This document shows, in pieces, positions 17,589 through 28,082 of a stretch of 64,000 nt of DNA. Within the stretch, counting starts at the first letter, position 1. Every line of letters starts with the position of its first letter. The stretch comes from an uncultured Solirubrobacterales bacterium (GTDB taxonomy: Bacteria; Actinomycetota; Thermoleophilia; Solirubrobacterales; 70-9): NCBI GenBank assembly GCA_963820665.1, contig CAWGAL010000002.1:8598-72597 (forward strand). The letters are read 5' to 3'. A program made the translations under genes and the position numbers. Under the pieces are notes generated by a model. The model worked only from the letters and a program-made list of their open reading frames with translations. It ran no database searches and was not told the DNA's origin.

Positions 17589-18515
17589 CTAGGCGGCGGA
17601 ACGGAGCTCGTGCTCGCGCCCGTACGACTCCCCCACCGAGCGCAGGATGGCGAGCATCTCCTCGGCCGCCGGCGAGCGCGACTCGCTCGGGCGGCTGATC
17701 GACCAGATGCGCCTGGTCGGCTCGGTCCCGGCGATCTCGCGCAACACGACGCTCGGGTCCTTGTAGGCGAGGGTCGGGAGCAGGCCGACCCCGAGCCCTG
17801 CGGCGACGAGGCCCTGGATCACCTGGTAGTCGTCGCTCTCGAAGGAGATGCGCGGCTCGAAGCCGGCGGCGCGGCAGGCCGCGATCACGTGCGCGCGACA
17901 CGAGCTCGGCTGGTCACCGCAGAGCCAGTCCTCGTCGGCGAGATCGGCGATGCGGACCTTCTTTGAGGCGGCAAGCGGGTGACCCGGAGCGAGCGCCACC
18001 CGCATCGGGTCCGTGTAGATCAGCTCGGCCTCGAGGTCGCGGCCGAAGTCCTCGGCGATGTCGACGTAGTCGAACGCGAGCGCGATGTCGTACTCGCCGC
18101 GCTTCACCGCAGGCACCGACTTCTCGGGCTCGCCCTCGGCGAACTGGAGCTCGATCTGGGGGTGGCGCCGCTTGAACTCGGACATGGCCAGCGTCATCAG
18201 CGTCGCACTGGCGGTGGGGAAGCTGATCAGCCGCAGGCGTCCGCCCTCGAGGCCCGCGATCTCGGCGAGCTCGCGCTCGGCCTCGTCGAGTCGGGAGATC
18301 ACTGCGTCGGCGTGGGCGACGAGCTTCTCGCCCGCCGCCGTCAGCTTCGGCCCGTCACTGGTGCGCTCCAGCAGCTGCAGCCCCACCTCGCGCTCCAGCG
18401 CGGCGACCTGCTGGCTCACCGCCGACTGCGACAGGTGCAGCGAGTCGGCAGCCGCCGAGAAGGAGCCTCGGGCGACGACCTCCCGCAGGACGCTCATTCG
18501 CTTGACGTCGAGCAT
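17589..18515 (-). CDS. LysR-family transcriptional regulator
   Basis: 308-aa ORF. N-terminal HTH MLDVKRMSVLREVVARGSFSAAADSLHLSQSAVSQQVAALEREVGLQLLER plus a LysR substrate-binding region. Confidence 0.9.
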   Translation of the reverse strand: MLDVKRMSVLREVVARGSFSAAADSLHLSQSAVSQQVAALEREVGLQLLERTSDGPKLTAAGEKLVAHADAVISRLDEAERELAEIAGLEGGRLRLISFPTASATLMTLAMSEFKRRHPQIELQFAEGEPEKSVPAVKRGEYDIALAFDYVDIAEDFGRDLEAELIYTDPMRVALAPGHPLAASKKVRIADLADEDWLCGDQPSSCRAHVIAACRAAGFEPRISFESDDYQVIQGLVAAGLGVGLLPTLAYKDPSVVLREIAGTEPTRRIWSISRPSESRSPAAEEMLAILRSVGESYGREHELRSAA

Positions 18516-18618
18516 AAGTGCAACTTATCAGAGATAGAAGCAATCGATGTTGCACTGATATCAGCGAAGCGGGACGATGCTGTTCAACCGATCACATCAC
18601 CTGATGAGGGGAAACGCC

Positions 18619-18996
18619 ATGAGCACCAAACGCGACAAACACGAAGCGATCACGATCAGAAGGCTCGACGGCGCCGACCGCGACGCCCTCGTGCGCCTGG
18701 CCGAGCGCGACAGCTCCTCCGCGCCGAAGGGCCCGGAGGTCCTCGGCGCGGTGGTCGAGGGCGAGTTGATCGCGGCGACCTCAGTCGCCGGCGGCGACAC
18801 GGTCGCCGACCCGTTCACCCACAGCGCGCGGGCCCGCGCCCTTCTCGAGAGCCGCGCGGCCGAGATCCGCAGGGCCTCCCGGGGCGGCGGCCGCCTCAAG
18901 CGGCTGCTGGGCCGGCGCTCGCGGGCGGCCCTGCCCTCCTCGCCCCCGGGCGGCGGCGGCAGGTTCCTGATCCCGCCGCCGCCGGAGTGCCGCTAG
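18619..18996 (+). CDS. hypothetical protein
   Basis: ATG 18619 preceded by GAGGGGA. Translation MSTKRDKHEAITIRRLDGADRDALVRLAERDSS... with a basic Gly/Pro-rich tail. Divergent from the LysR gene. No family recognised. Confidence 0.45.
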   Translation: MSTKRDKHEAITIRRLDGADRDALVRLAERDSSSAPKGPEVLGAVVEGELIAATSVAGGDTVADPFTHSARARALLESRAAEIRRASRGGGRLKRLLGRRSRAALPSSPPGGGGRFLIPPPPECR

Positions 18997-18999
18997 GCC

Positions 19000-19157
19000 C
19001 TAGGCCTCTTCGCTGTCGCGGGTCGCCGCGTAGGCGCCGATCGCCGCCACGGCCGCGACGCCGACGCCGATCGCGGCGGCGGTGCGGATCTCGGAGCGGT
19101 AGCGGGCCGCACGAACCCGACGACGATGCGACCGATCAGCTCGTAGATCGCGCTCAT
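19000..19157 (-). pseudogene. small membrane protein ORF (needs one frame change)
   Basis: ATG 19157 with GAAAGG upstream gives MSAIYELIGRIVVGFVR. Shifting frame then gives RYRSEIRTAAAIGVGVAAVAAIGAYAATRDSEEA-stop (complement of 19000-19002). Weak call. Confidence 0.3.
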
Positions 19158-19179
19158 CTCTGGTGCCTTTCTCTCGTTT

Positions 19180-20466
19180 TCATCTCTCTCTTCCCCCTCG
19201 ACTGTACGCCGAACCCGGTGCGCGAGTCGGCTCTGAAGGGTGAACAGCTCGATGAAGCCCGGGCTCGCGTGCTGGGAGAACTCGCCTCCGGACTCGCCGA
19301 ACGACGCCAGCGACTGGTCGTAGAGGGCGAACGGCGAGCTGCGGATCACGGGCGTGACCGAGCCCTTGTAGAGCTTCACGCGTCACCTCGCCCGTCACGA
19401 CCTCGTTGACCGAGTCCATGTAGGCGTCGATGTCGCTGCGCAGCGGCTCGAGCCAGAGGCCCGCGTAGGCGAGGTAGGCCCAGTGGTCCTCGAGCGCGCC
19501 CTTGAAGTTGTTCTGGTGGATCGTGCTGACGAGCTTCTCGAGGTCGCGGTGCGCCGCCATCAGGATGGCCGCGGCCGGGACCTCGTAGAGGTCGCGCACC
19601 TTGAGGCCGACGATCCGGTCCTCGATGTGGTCGACGATGCCGCAGCCGTGGCGGGCGCCGATCTCGGTGGCGCGGTCGATCAGCTCGACCAGCTCCATCG
19701 ACACACCGTCGAGGGCGATTGGCCGCCCTCGCTCGAACTCGACGCGTCACGAGCTGCGGCTCGTCTGGCGCGAGCCTCGGGGCGGGTGACCAGCTGGAAG
19801 ACGTCATCGGGCGGCGGTGCCGAGCAGGTCCTCGATCTCCTTGCCCTCCGACGAGCGCCCCCAGAGGTTGTCGTCGATCGAGTACGGCGAGACCTCGTTG
19901 CCGCCCTTCAGCGGGATGCCGTTGTCCCGCGCGTACTGGATCTCCTCGTCGCGGCCCATCCGCCAGTCGCGCACCGGCGCGAGCACCTTGAGCTCCGGGT
20001 CGAGCGTGGCGATCGTGGCCTCGAGGCGCACCTGGTCGTTGCCCTTCCCGGTGCACCCGTGGGCGATCGTGTCGCAGCCGTGCTCGCGCGCCACGTCGAC
20101 CGCCTTGGTCGCGATCAGCGGCCGCGCGAGCGCGGTGAACAGCGGGTAGCCGCCCGCCGTAGAGCGCGTTGGCCTTGATCGCCGGCAGCACGTAGTCCTC
20201 GGCGAACTCCTCGCGGGCGTCGACGACCACGGTCTCGACCGCGCCGAGCGCCTTGGCCTTGTCGGTGACGGCGGTGTAGTCCTCGCCCGGCTGGCCCAGG
20301 TTGACGGTCAGGGTCACGATCTCGGCGCCGTAGTGCTCGGCGATCCACTTCACCATCACGCTCGTGTCGAGCCCGCCGGAGTAGAGCAGCAGGACGCGCC
20401 CGATCTCGTCCGGGTCGACCTCGAAGGAGGCGATGCGGGGGCTGTCGGGGGCCGGGTCGGTCACGT
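19180..20466 (-). pseudogene. argG: argininosuccinate synthase, frame-disrupted in this sequence (at least 3 frame changes)
   Basis: Pieces lie in different frames: 19376-20485 (RVLLLYSGGLDTSVMVKWI...IKANALYGG), 19804-20094 ([22 protein letters not shown]...[11 protein letters not shown]), 19180-19704 (ELIDRATEIGARHGCGIVDHIEDRIVGLKVRDLYEVPAA) and 18993-19379 (KLYKGSVTPVIRSSPFALYD). Together they form a complete ArgG. Confidence 0.85.
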
Positions 20467-20556
20467 TGGCGGAGCAGTTTCGCACGGGCGGCGACCAGCG
20501 AGCTTCGCGGCCCGGGCCTTGAGCGCGCGCTGGGGCGCCCCTGCCAGAATGCGCCC

Positions 20557-21247
20557 ATGCGCCGCTTCGCCCGCATCCTCTCCACCGCCCTGATCACCGC
20601 CGGCATGGTGGTCTTCGCCGATGTCGCGGTGACGCTGCTGTGGCAGGAGCCCGTCTCGGCCGCGTACGGAAACCTCCAGCAGGGCAAGGCCGAGGACGAC
20701 CTGGCGGACCTCGAGACCGACTTCGCGGCCGAGACCGAGGCGCTCGGCGAGATCGCCGCGGAGAAGCGAACCAGGGTGCTCGCAAAGCTGTTCGAGCGCG
20801 AGATCTCGCAGGGCGACGCGATCGGCCGCATCCGGATCCCGAGCATCGGCCTCGACACCGTGCTGATGAACGGCACCGACACGGCCACCCTTCAGAAGGG
20901 GCCCGGCCGCTTCCCGCAAACACCCCTCCCCGGGCTTGGACGGCACCACGGGGATCGCCGGCCACCGCACCACGTACGCCGCCCCGTTTCGGAAGATCGA
21001 CCAGATCGACGACGGTGAGGAGATCCAGGTCAAGCTCCCCTACGGGACCTTCAACTACGAGGTCGAAGGCCACGAGATCGTCGACCCGAGCGACGTCGAG
21101 GTCGTGTTCCCCGTCGGCTACGAGAGGGTCGTCCTGACCGCGTGCCACCCGCTGCACAGCGCGGCGCAGCGCTACGTCGTCTCTGCCCGCCTGACCGACA
21201 TCGAGACTTTCGGCGGCGCCGGCGAGGACCGCTGGCCCGCTCCCTGA
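20557..21247 (+). pseudogene. sortase (class D/E-like transpeptidase), one frame change near 20930
   Basis: The N-terminal TM anchor (ILSTALITAGMVVFADVAV) and IGRIRIPSIGLDTVLMNGT are in ORF 20557-21018. GIAGHRTTYAAPF (His), VVLTACHP (catalytic Cys, TLxTC-like) and RYVVSARL (Arg) are in ORF 20936-21247. Confidence 0.8.
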
Positions 21248-21253
21248 CGCCCG

Positions 21254-22171
21254 CTAGCGCGGCGTGAAGCTGTCGAGCGTCGCCTCGGCCTCGCGCACCT
21301 GACGGCGCGAGGCGTTCCCCTCCACCCGCTTAAGGAGCAAGTAGGACACTCCCCCTCGCGAGAAGAAAGTCGCGATCTCCTCGCCGCCGTCGTAGCTGAT
21401 TCGGGCGCGAGCCACCGCCCTGCCCTTGAACTTCGCCGGGTAGAGGGGGCCCACCACCGCACCGTCGTGGCGCTGTTCGAGGAAGAGCTCCGAGGTATCG
21501 GCGAACTCGATCGGCGAGAGATCGCTCGGGCCGAAGTAGACGGTCACCGCGGCGCTTTGGTCGGGCGCCTCGATCTCCGCCTTCTCGTCGTCTGAGTCGA
21601 CGGCCTCCCAGCCCGCCGGAACCCCGATCGAGAAGACGTCGGCGAACGTGCGGCGCTCGAGCTCGACGCCGTTCACCGTCAGCTTCTTCGGCGGAGCCTG
21701 CGGCTCCGGCTTGACGGGGGCGGGGTCTGGTTCGACGGCCGCGCTCGGAGCCGGATCCGGGTCGGGAGCCGGCTCGTCGTCATCGGATCCGAGCACGGCG
21801 GCGCCCACCACCAAGGCCGCGGCGCAGATTCCCAGCACCGCGAGCGGGACGCCGATGCGACGGCGCGCGGAGGGCTTGGATGGACGCTCGGCGGTGCGGC
21901 GGGCCTGCTCGAAGTCGGCGGCCTTGACAGCCGCGTACGGCTTCCCCGCCGTGGCGGGCGGAATCACGCTGCCCGCCGCGTCCATGTCGCCCGCCTCCGC
22001 CATCCGGTAGCCGGTGCTCTTTCCGCAGCCCTCGCAGCTGATGCGGAGCCTGCCGCTACCGGCCTGGTCGGAGCGTTCGACGTTGAAACCCGCGTCGCAG
22101 GCCTCGTGCTCAGCGAGGAACTGCGCGATGCTCGGCGCGCCCCCGCCCTTGAATCTCTCCCCAGGCGCCAT
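21254..22171 (-). CDS. membrane protein with cytoplasmic Cys/His zinc-ribbon-like N-terminus and extracytoplasmic domain
   Basis: 305-aa ORF containing FLAEHEACDAG...RISCEGCGKS (H-x2-C ... C-x2-C), one TM helix (IGVPLAVLGICAAALVVGAAVLG), a Pro/Asp-rich linker and a C-terminal domain of about 150 aa. Last gene of the operon containing the priming transferase. Confidence 0.55.
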   Translation of the reverse strand: MAPGERFKGGGAPSIAQFLAEHEACDAGFNVERSDQAGSGRLRISCEGCGKSTGYRMAEAGDMDAAGSVIPPATAGKPYAAVKAADFEQARRTAERPSKPSARRRIGVPLAVLGICAAALVVGAAVLGSDDDEPAPDPDPAPSAAVEPDPAPVKPEPQAPPKKLTVNGVELERRTFADVFSIGVPAGWEAVDSDDEKAEIEAPDQSAAVTVYFGPSDLSPIEFADTSELFLEQRHDGAVVGPLYPAKFKGRAVARARISYDGGEEIATFFSRGGVSYLLLKRVEGNASRRQVREAEATLDSFTPR

Positions 22172-23715
22172 CAGCGAGGCGAAAGCTATCCGCTAGGTGA
22201 CTTCCACGCTCGCGGGGACCTGCTCCTCGGCCGCGGGCTCGGACGGCGACGATGAAGCGCTCGTCGGGCCGGTTGATCGGCTCGGGGACGACGACGGTGC
22301 TGAGCGTCTCGAGCATGATCAGCAGGTCGAACAGCACCGAGCGGCGCTTCAGGTAGAAGAGGTCGTGGCAGAGCTTCCAGGCGCTGCCGATGTGGCTGCC
22401 GGAGTAGCCGCAGCGCACCTGAGCCCAGCCCGTGATGCCGGGCTTGACCAGATGCCGGCGGTCGTAGTAGGAGAAGCGGCTCTCCAGGTCGATCACCAGG
22501 CTCGGCTGCTCAGGCCGGGGGCCCACGAGGCTCATCTGCCCCTTCAAGACCAGCCAGAGCTGCGGCAGCTCGTCGATGTGCGTGCGGCGCAGGAAGCGCC
22601 CGACCAGGGTGATTCGGTCGTCCTCGTTGCCGGTCCACATCGGGCCGTCGTCGTGAACGCGCATCGTCCGCAGCTTCACGAGGTCGATCGCCTGCCCGCC
22701 CTCGCCCATCCGCGGCTGGCGGTGCAGCACCGGCCCGCGGTCGTTCAGCTTGATCGCAAGCGCCGCCACGATCACGAGGGGGGCCGCGATGATCGCCGCG
22801 ATCGTGCCGAGCGTGAGGTCCAGGATTCGCTTGGAGATCGGCCAGCTCGCGCGGTAGCGCGGATGCAGCAGGTACTGGAACCAGGCCGAGGTCGTGGTGC
22901 CGAGCGGGACGTGGCCGAAGAGCTCCTCGTAGAGCTGCCCGGCTTCGATCATCGATACGGGCAGGTCCAGGCAGGCGTCGGCGACCAGCTCGAAGACTTC
23001 GAGCCTCGAAACGCCGGCGGACTGGAACTGCCCCTCGGATTGCTCCGTCGAGGCCTGGCTCAGAGGGCCGAGCACGAGGAGCTCGACTCCGTTGTCGGAT
23101 GATCGTCCCGCGCAACTCGGTGAGCGAGCCGAGACAGCGGATGCCCGCCACCTCGTCCTCGACGCAGGCGTGCTCGGGATCGATGCAGCCGACGACGCGG
23201 TAGCCGTGCACGCCGACCGCCTCGAGCTCGGCCTCGAGGCCGCGCGCGAACTCGTGCGAGCCGATCACCGCGACCTGCACCTCCCGCCCGCGCCGGAAGT
23301 TGTAGGTGACCATGGCGCCCAGTGCCGTCACGACCCAGGCGCCGATCACCGGCGCGACCATCTCGGAGGCCGTGATGTCGCTGACCGAGTAGCCGTCCCA
23401 GGCGCTGATGGCGATCGCCAACCCAGCGCCGAGGGGCGCGGCCGCTGCGTAGAGGGTCGCCGATGCGAACGGGATCAGGTGCAGCGGGTACTGGGGCCTG
23501 CGCAGCACCATCGAGACGCCGAACGCCGACCCGAAGACCAGCAGGGCCTGCCACTCGGACTCGAGGTGCGCGTAGACGATCGCCGCAGCCGCGAGGGCCG
23601 GAGCGATCCGCAGCGTCACCAGCTCGACCAGGCGCTGAGCGGTCAGACCGCTCAGGTGCGGGAACGAGCGGCGCGGCGGAGTCTCACGAGCGAGATGCCT
23701 CTGCCCGTCGCTCAT
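22110..23715 (-). pseudogene. polyprenyl-phosphate glycosyl-1-phosphate (priming) sugar transferase, WbaP/EpsB-like; one frame change near 23080
   Basis: The N-terminal polytopic part and the Rossmann-like VAVIGSHEFARGLEAEL are in ORF 22510-23715. The catalytic bacterial sugar transferase domain is in ORF 22110-23075 ([58 protein letters not shown]). Confidence 0.8.
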
Positions 23716-23740
23716 CTCAATGTCCCAGTGGGGAGCCCTG

Positions 23741-24072
23741 CTAGGAGCTGGGATCCCGCGGCATGGACAGCCTGCGCAGCGCGAACCCGGTGCCCGTGAG
23801 CATCAGTGCAACCGCGGCGATGATCAGCAGGTCCATTCCGGTGAACGGAAGGGAGCCGATCGACGCGCTGAGGCCGCTTTCCTCGCTGCCGGTTGCCGGC
23901 CGCCGGCACCGGAGGCGCCGCCACCGGCGGTGCCCTCTTCGATGTTCGGCGGGTTGTACTGCGCCGACGACGGATCGTCGGTCTGAGCGACTGCCATGGG
24001 TGCAGCTGCGAAAGCCCCCACAAGGGCAACCGCCACGATCATGCCAAAACGGCTGAGCTTTGTCTTACGCAT
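23741..24072 (-). pseudogene. small secreted acidic protein with LPFTG sortase sorting signal (needs one frame change); paralog of 10752-11060
   Basis: ATG 24072 with a GAAGGA SD. Frame 1 reads MRKTKLSRFGMIVAVALVGAFAAAPMAVA/QTDDPSSAQYNPPNIEEGTAGGGASGAGG. After a frame change at approx 23895-23925 it continues PATGSEESGLSASIGS-LPFTG-MDLLIIAAVALMLTGTGFAL-RRLSMPRDPSS-stop (complement of 23741-23743). The ORF track shows only the 82-aa frame-1 product. The gene lies 25 nt upstream of the priming transferase start. Confidence 0.55.
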
Positions 24073-24342
24073 TTGGTTTCAATCCTTCTCTAAGTTCGGG
24101 GGCTATTCGTTCGGTACTTCATGTGGTTCGGATCACACTGGTACGGAACATCGTCAGGCAAGTGCTCAGCCTTGAGCGCAGCATACTACCTAATTTTGGA
24201 GAGCTGGGCCCCTCGCCCAACTTCCGCACTCAAACATCACCCTTGCCCGTCGCGGGCATGATAGTCGGTCGTAATCCCGGAAAAACAACCGCCTGTTTCG
24301 GGTAATCATCGCGATTCCTCACGCCTGGAGATACGGATGCAC

Positions 24343-26323
24343 TCACTTCTGGGCGGCGATTTCGTCCGCCAGCGTCGGCGATCTCCTCCCCGCGCGGGTT
24401 CAGTTCGCGGGCTCGCTGCAAGGCGCGGTTCGCCCCCGCGGATCGCTCGCCGCGAGCACCTGGGCGCGGATGTAGTACAGCGTCCATTCCTCGGGCTGGC
24501 GGTCCTCGGCCTCGTCGAGCGCGGCCAGGGCACGTGCGCGATCCCCGTTGCGGTCGGCGATCACCGCCTCGGCCGCGAGGGCGCGCTCGCTGAACGGGTT
24601 CAGGTCGGCTGCGCGGTCGAGGTCCTCGTAGGCGCCCTCGGGGTCGGCGCCCCCGGTCCGGATTCCCTCGTTCGTGTAGCGCTCGCTGAAGAAGAACGGG
24701 AGCAGGCTCAGCGCCGCGACGACCGCGGCGCACGGCGAACCCGATTCGCAGACCGCGGCTCGGCCCCGGTCCCGGGTTGCGCAACGCCGGCGCGGCCGCG
24801 GCGCCGAGCACGAACGCCATCGGCAGCGTGATCACGGGATAGGACCAGAACCACTCCACCGAGGCGTGCACGAGCCAGTAGCCGGCGACCGCCAGCGCCC
24901 CGGCGACCAGCGCAGCCGCCTGCGGCCCTCGCCTGCGCGATCGAAGCGCCGCCCAGGTCCCCGCCACGACGAAGACGCCGAACAAGAGCAGCCCCGGCAC
25001 CCCGAGCTCGGAGGCCATCAGCATGATCACGCTGTGCGGGTCCTCGGGTTGCAGCGTGGACTCCTTGTCGCGCAGGTAGCTGAACCGCCATCCGCCGGCC
25101 CCGACGCCGCCAGCCGGGTTCGCGGCGAGGTCGTCGATGGCGACGCGCCAGAAGTCGCCGCGGTCGGAGGACAGGTCGAGGCCGAAGCGGCTGCCCTTCG
25201 AGCTCAGGTCGGGGGTGCCCGCGGTGAGCTCGTCCGTCTGGTTGTCGATGAACTCGCGCGGTCCCCCGCCCGAGGCGACCACGGCGATCGTGCCGGCCAC
25301 CACGACCACCGCGGAAGACGCCGGCGAGCACGCGGCCCAGCAGCCGCCCGCGCCGCTCGGAGAGCTCGATCAGCGGGTCCCGCCAGGCTGCGAACGCTCC
25401 GATCACGGCCGAGACGGCGCTGGTGATGGCGATCGCCGCGGCGGCCGAGCGCAGCGGGTCGAGCGATGCCGCGGTGTTGCCGCCCTCGGTCTGGAAGACG
25501 TCGAGCAGCCACGGCAGCGCGGGCAGCACCGGCAGCACCGCCAGAGCGAGCCAGCCGAGGATGCGAAGCCGCTCGGGATGGGCTGCGACGAGCACGGCGA
25601 CGCCGGCCGCGAGGGCGAAGACCGAGGTCCGGCTCTGCGAGAGCACCGCCAGCTCGATCGCGAGCGTCGCCGAGCCCACCAGGAGCCCGCGAAGCCGCCA
25701 GTCCAGCCCGTCGCGCGCCGCCGCCAGGACGACCATCGGGAACATCGCCATCAGGAAGAAGCCGGCCACGGCGTTGCGGTAGCCGACGGGATAGCGAAGC
25801 GTGGCGTCGATCTCGAGCAGCTCGGTGGAGTTGTCGCTGACGGCGAGCGCGATCAGGGTGGCGACGCCGACGAGCGCCCCGGCCACCGCCAGCGGCGCGA
25901 GCGCGAGCAGCACCCTTGGCCCGAGCAGCGAGCAGAGCCAGAGGCCGAGCACGAACGCGACCGCGTAGGCGAGCACCCGCTGGGCGTCCTCGATCGCGAT
26001 GTCGGGAGCGGGTGACCAGGTCGCCGAGATGAGGGTGAGCAGCGCGATTCCCCCAGCAGCGCGACGAGGCAGACGAGCGCTGGGCCCCGGAGGCGAGCCG
26101 GCAACGGAGCGAACAGCAGCAGGGCGACGAGCAGGCCGAGCAGCCCGATCGTCCCGGGCAGGAGCGTGACCCCGAAGTAGGCACCCCGCTCCCAGGCGAA
26201 CCATGCGATCAGGGCCGCGATCAGGCCCAGGGGGAGCAGCGCAGCGGCCAACGAAGGGGGCCCCGCTGCCGCCGGAGTCGCGGGCGTTCGCGAGGTCTCC
26301 ACGCCGGGGCCGGGGTCAACCAT
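24343..26323 (-). pseudogene. O-antigen ligase/Wzy-like polytopic membrane protein fused to C-terminal TPR-like repeats; several frame changes
   Basis: Start ATG 26323 (MVDPGPGVETS.., the tail of ORF 25853-27106). TM-rich pieces lie in ORFs 24708-26204 and 25204-26184. The Wzy_C-like region is GGWRFSYLRDKESTLQPEDPHSVIMLMASELGVPGLLLFG (ORF 24230-25309). The TPR-like part reads EGAYEDLDRAADLNPFSERALAAEAVIADRNGDRARALAALDEAEDRQPEEW..RALQRARELNPRGEEIADALADEIAAQK-stop. The 3' end at 24343 depends on accepting the last frame change. Confidence 0.65.
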
Positions 26324-26398
26324 CGGCGTGCACACCCACCATGTAACGCAAGCTATCGGGGTCTGACTGTCAGAATGGCGGCCCGCCGGATTTTCCCG

Positions 26399-27930
26399 AT
26401 GGCCCAGACCCCGACTAAAAGCGCAGAGTGGCTCGAGTCCCCTGCGGAGGAGGAGGGTCTTCGACGCTACGTCGAGACGATCCGCGAGCGCCTGCCTCTG
26501 GTGGGGGTCGCGGTGGCTGTGACGACGCTGGTGGCGATCCTCTACGTGCTCACCGCGCCGAAGACCTATGAGGCGCGCGCCGACCTGCTCGTCACGCCGG
26601 TCTCCGGCGACGACCCCGTCGCCCGCAGCCTGCCGGTGATCGTCGAGTCCGTCGACCCGACGCGCGACGTCGAGACCGCCTCGCAGTTCGTGACCAACAT
26701 CGATGTCGCGGCGAAGGGTCGCCGAGGACGGGGATTCGGAGCCTCCTCGCGACCTGCTCGACAAGGTCTCGGCGGAGCCGGTCGCCTCGAGCAACATCGT
26801 CGCGATCACGGCCGAGGGCGGATTCGCCTGAGGCGGCCCGCGACCTCGCCAACGACTTCGCCGAGGCCACCGTCGAGGACCGGACCGACGCAGATCCACG
26901 AGTCGATCGAGGTCCTGCTGCCCCCCCTCGAGGCGCAGCTCGAGCACAGCCGACCAGACGTGGTTCGGGAGGAGCTCGGCAGCGACGTGGCGCGCTGCAG
27001 CGCCCTGCTCGTCGCCCCCGCCCCCGACCTCCGCGTCGAGACGAAGGCCGACCTTCCAACCTCGCAGGCCTCGCCCCAGGCCGGTGCTGAGCATCGTCGG
27101 CGGCATGCTCGCCGGGCTGGTGCTCGGGATCGCCGGCGCCTTCGCCGCGCAGAACCTCGACCCGCGGCTCCGCCGCGAGACGCAGCTTCGCCGCCTCTAC
27201 CGGCTCCCGATCCTGGCCCGCATCCCGAAGGAGACCGGGAGCCCGGCCACGCTCCGCTCGGGCCCGACCGGCTCTCGCGCGTCGGCGCCGAGGCCTACCG
27301 GACCCTGCGCTCGACCCTCGAAGCGTCGCGCCGCGGCGACAGGGCTCGCGGGTGATCCTGGTCACCGGCCCCTCGCCCTCGGAGGGCAAGAGCACGACCG
27401 CCGTCAACCTCGCCTCTTCGCTCGCGCTCTCGGGCAAGCGCGTGATCCTGATCGAGGCGGACCTGCGGCGCCCGGCCCTCGCCGAGGCGCTTGACGCCCA
27501 GCCGACAAGGGCGGCGTGGTCAGCGTGCTGCTCGGGGAGACCAACCTCGAGGACGCGCTCACCGTCCCGCCGGCCTTCGGCGAGAACCTGGAGTGCCTGC
27601 TGGCCGACAACGAGACGACGGCTGGATCGTCGAGCTGTTCTCGATTCCGCCGCGCGGACGATGATCGAGGACGCGCGCCACCTCGCCGACTACGTGATCA
27701 TCGACAGCCCGCCGCTGAACGAGGTCGTCGACGCGATGCCGCTCGCGCGCCAGGCCGACGACGTGCTGATCGTCGTCCGGCTCGGCAAGACCCGCCTGCA
27801 GCGGATCGGGCAGCTCGGCGAGCTGCTGGCCGAGAACGGCGTTCGCCCCGTCGGGTTCGCCGTCGTCGGCGTCCCCCGGCCCGGCAGAGGCGAGTACCAC
27901 TACTACCAGAGCGGGCAACGAGGCGTTAAC
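26399..27930 (+). pseudogene. polysaccharide co-polymerase (Wzz domain) fused to BY tyrosine autokinase (Wzc/EpsG-like); at least 4 frame changes
   Basis: Wzz-type N-terminus with a TM helix (LPLVGVAVAVTTLVAILYVL) and a second TM (LSIVGGMLAGLVLGIAGAFAA). Walker A VTGPSPSEGKSTTAVNLA, A' VILIEADLRRP, Walker B DYVIIDSPPLN, and a Tyr-rich end GEYHYYQ. The 3' end is approximate. Confidence 0.75.
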
Positions 27931-28082
27931 ACCCTGAAGAGAATCGGAATCAGCAGCGCTCTCTGTTCCGGGGGCTCCTGCCGAGAACGGTTGGCCCGGC
28001 TTCGCGGTGGTCGTCCAGGCTCGACGGGGAGCTGGCGTGGGCGGGCGCCTCCTGACGCTTGCCGCGGCGACGGTCGGGCGTC

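Noticed and set aside
18991-19006. CTAGGCCCTAGG-type palindromes at convergent gene ends (also at 61013-61026).
   Set aside because: They are simply overlapping stop codons (TAG/CTA) of convergent ORFs. Two occurrences are not enough to call a repeat family.
25853-27106. 417-aa minus-strand ORF spanning the divergent wzy/wzc promoter region.
   Set aside because: Only its last about 157 codons (from ATG 26323) belong to the Wzy-TPR gene. The upstream part is antisense to the Wzz/kinase gene and looks like Arg-rich nonsense.
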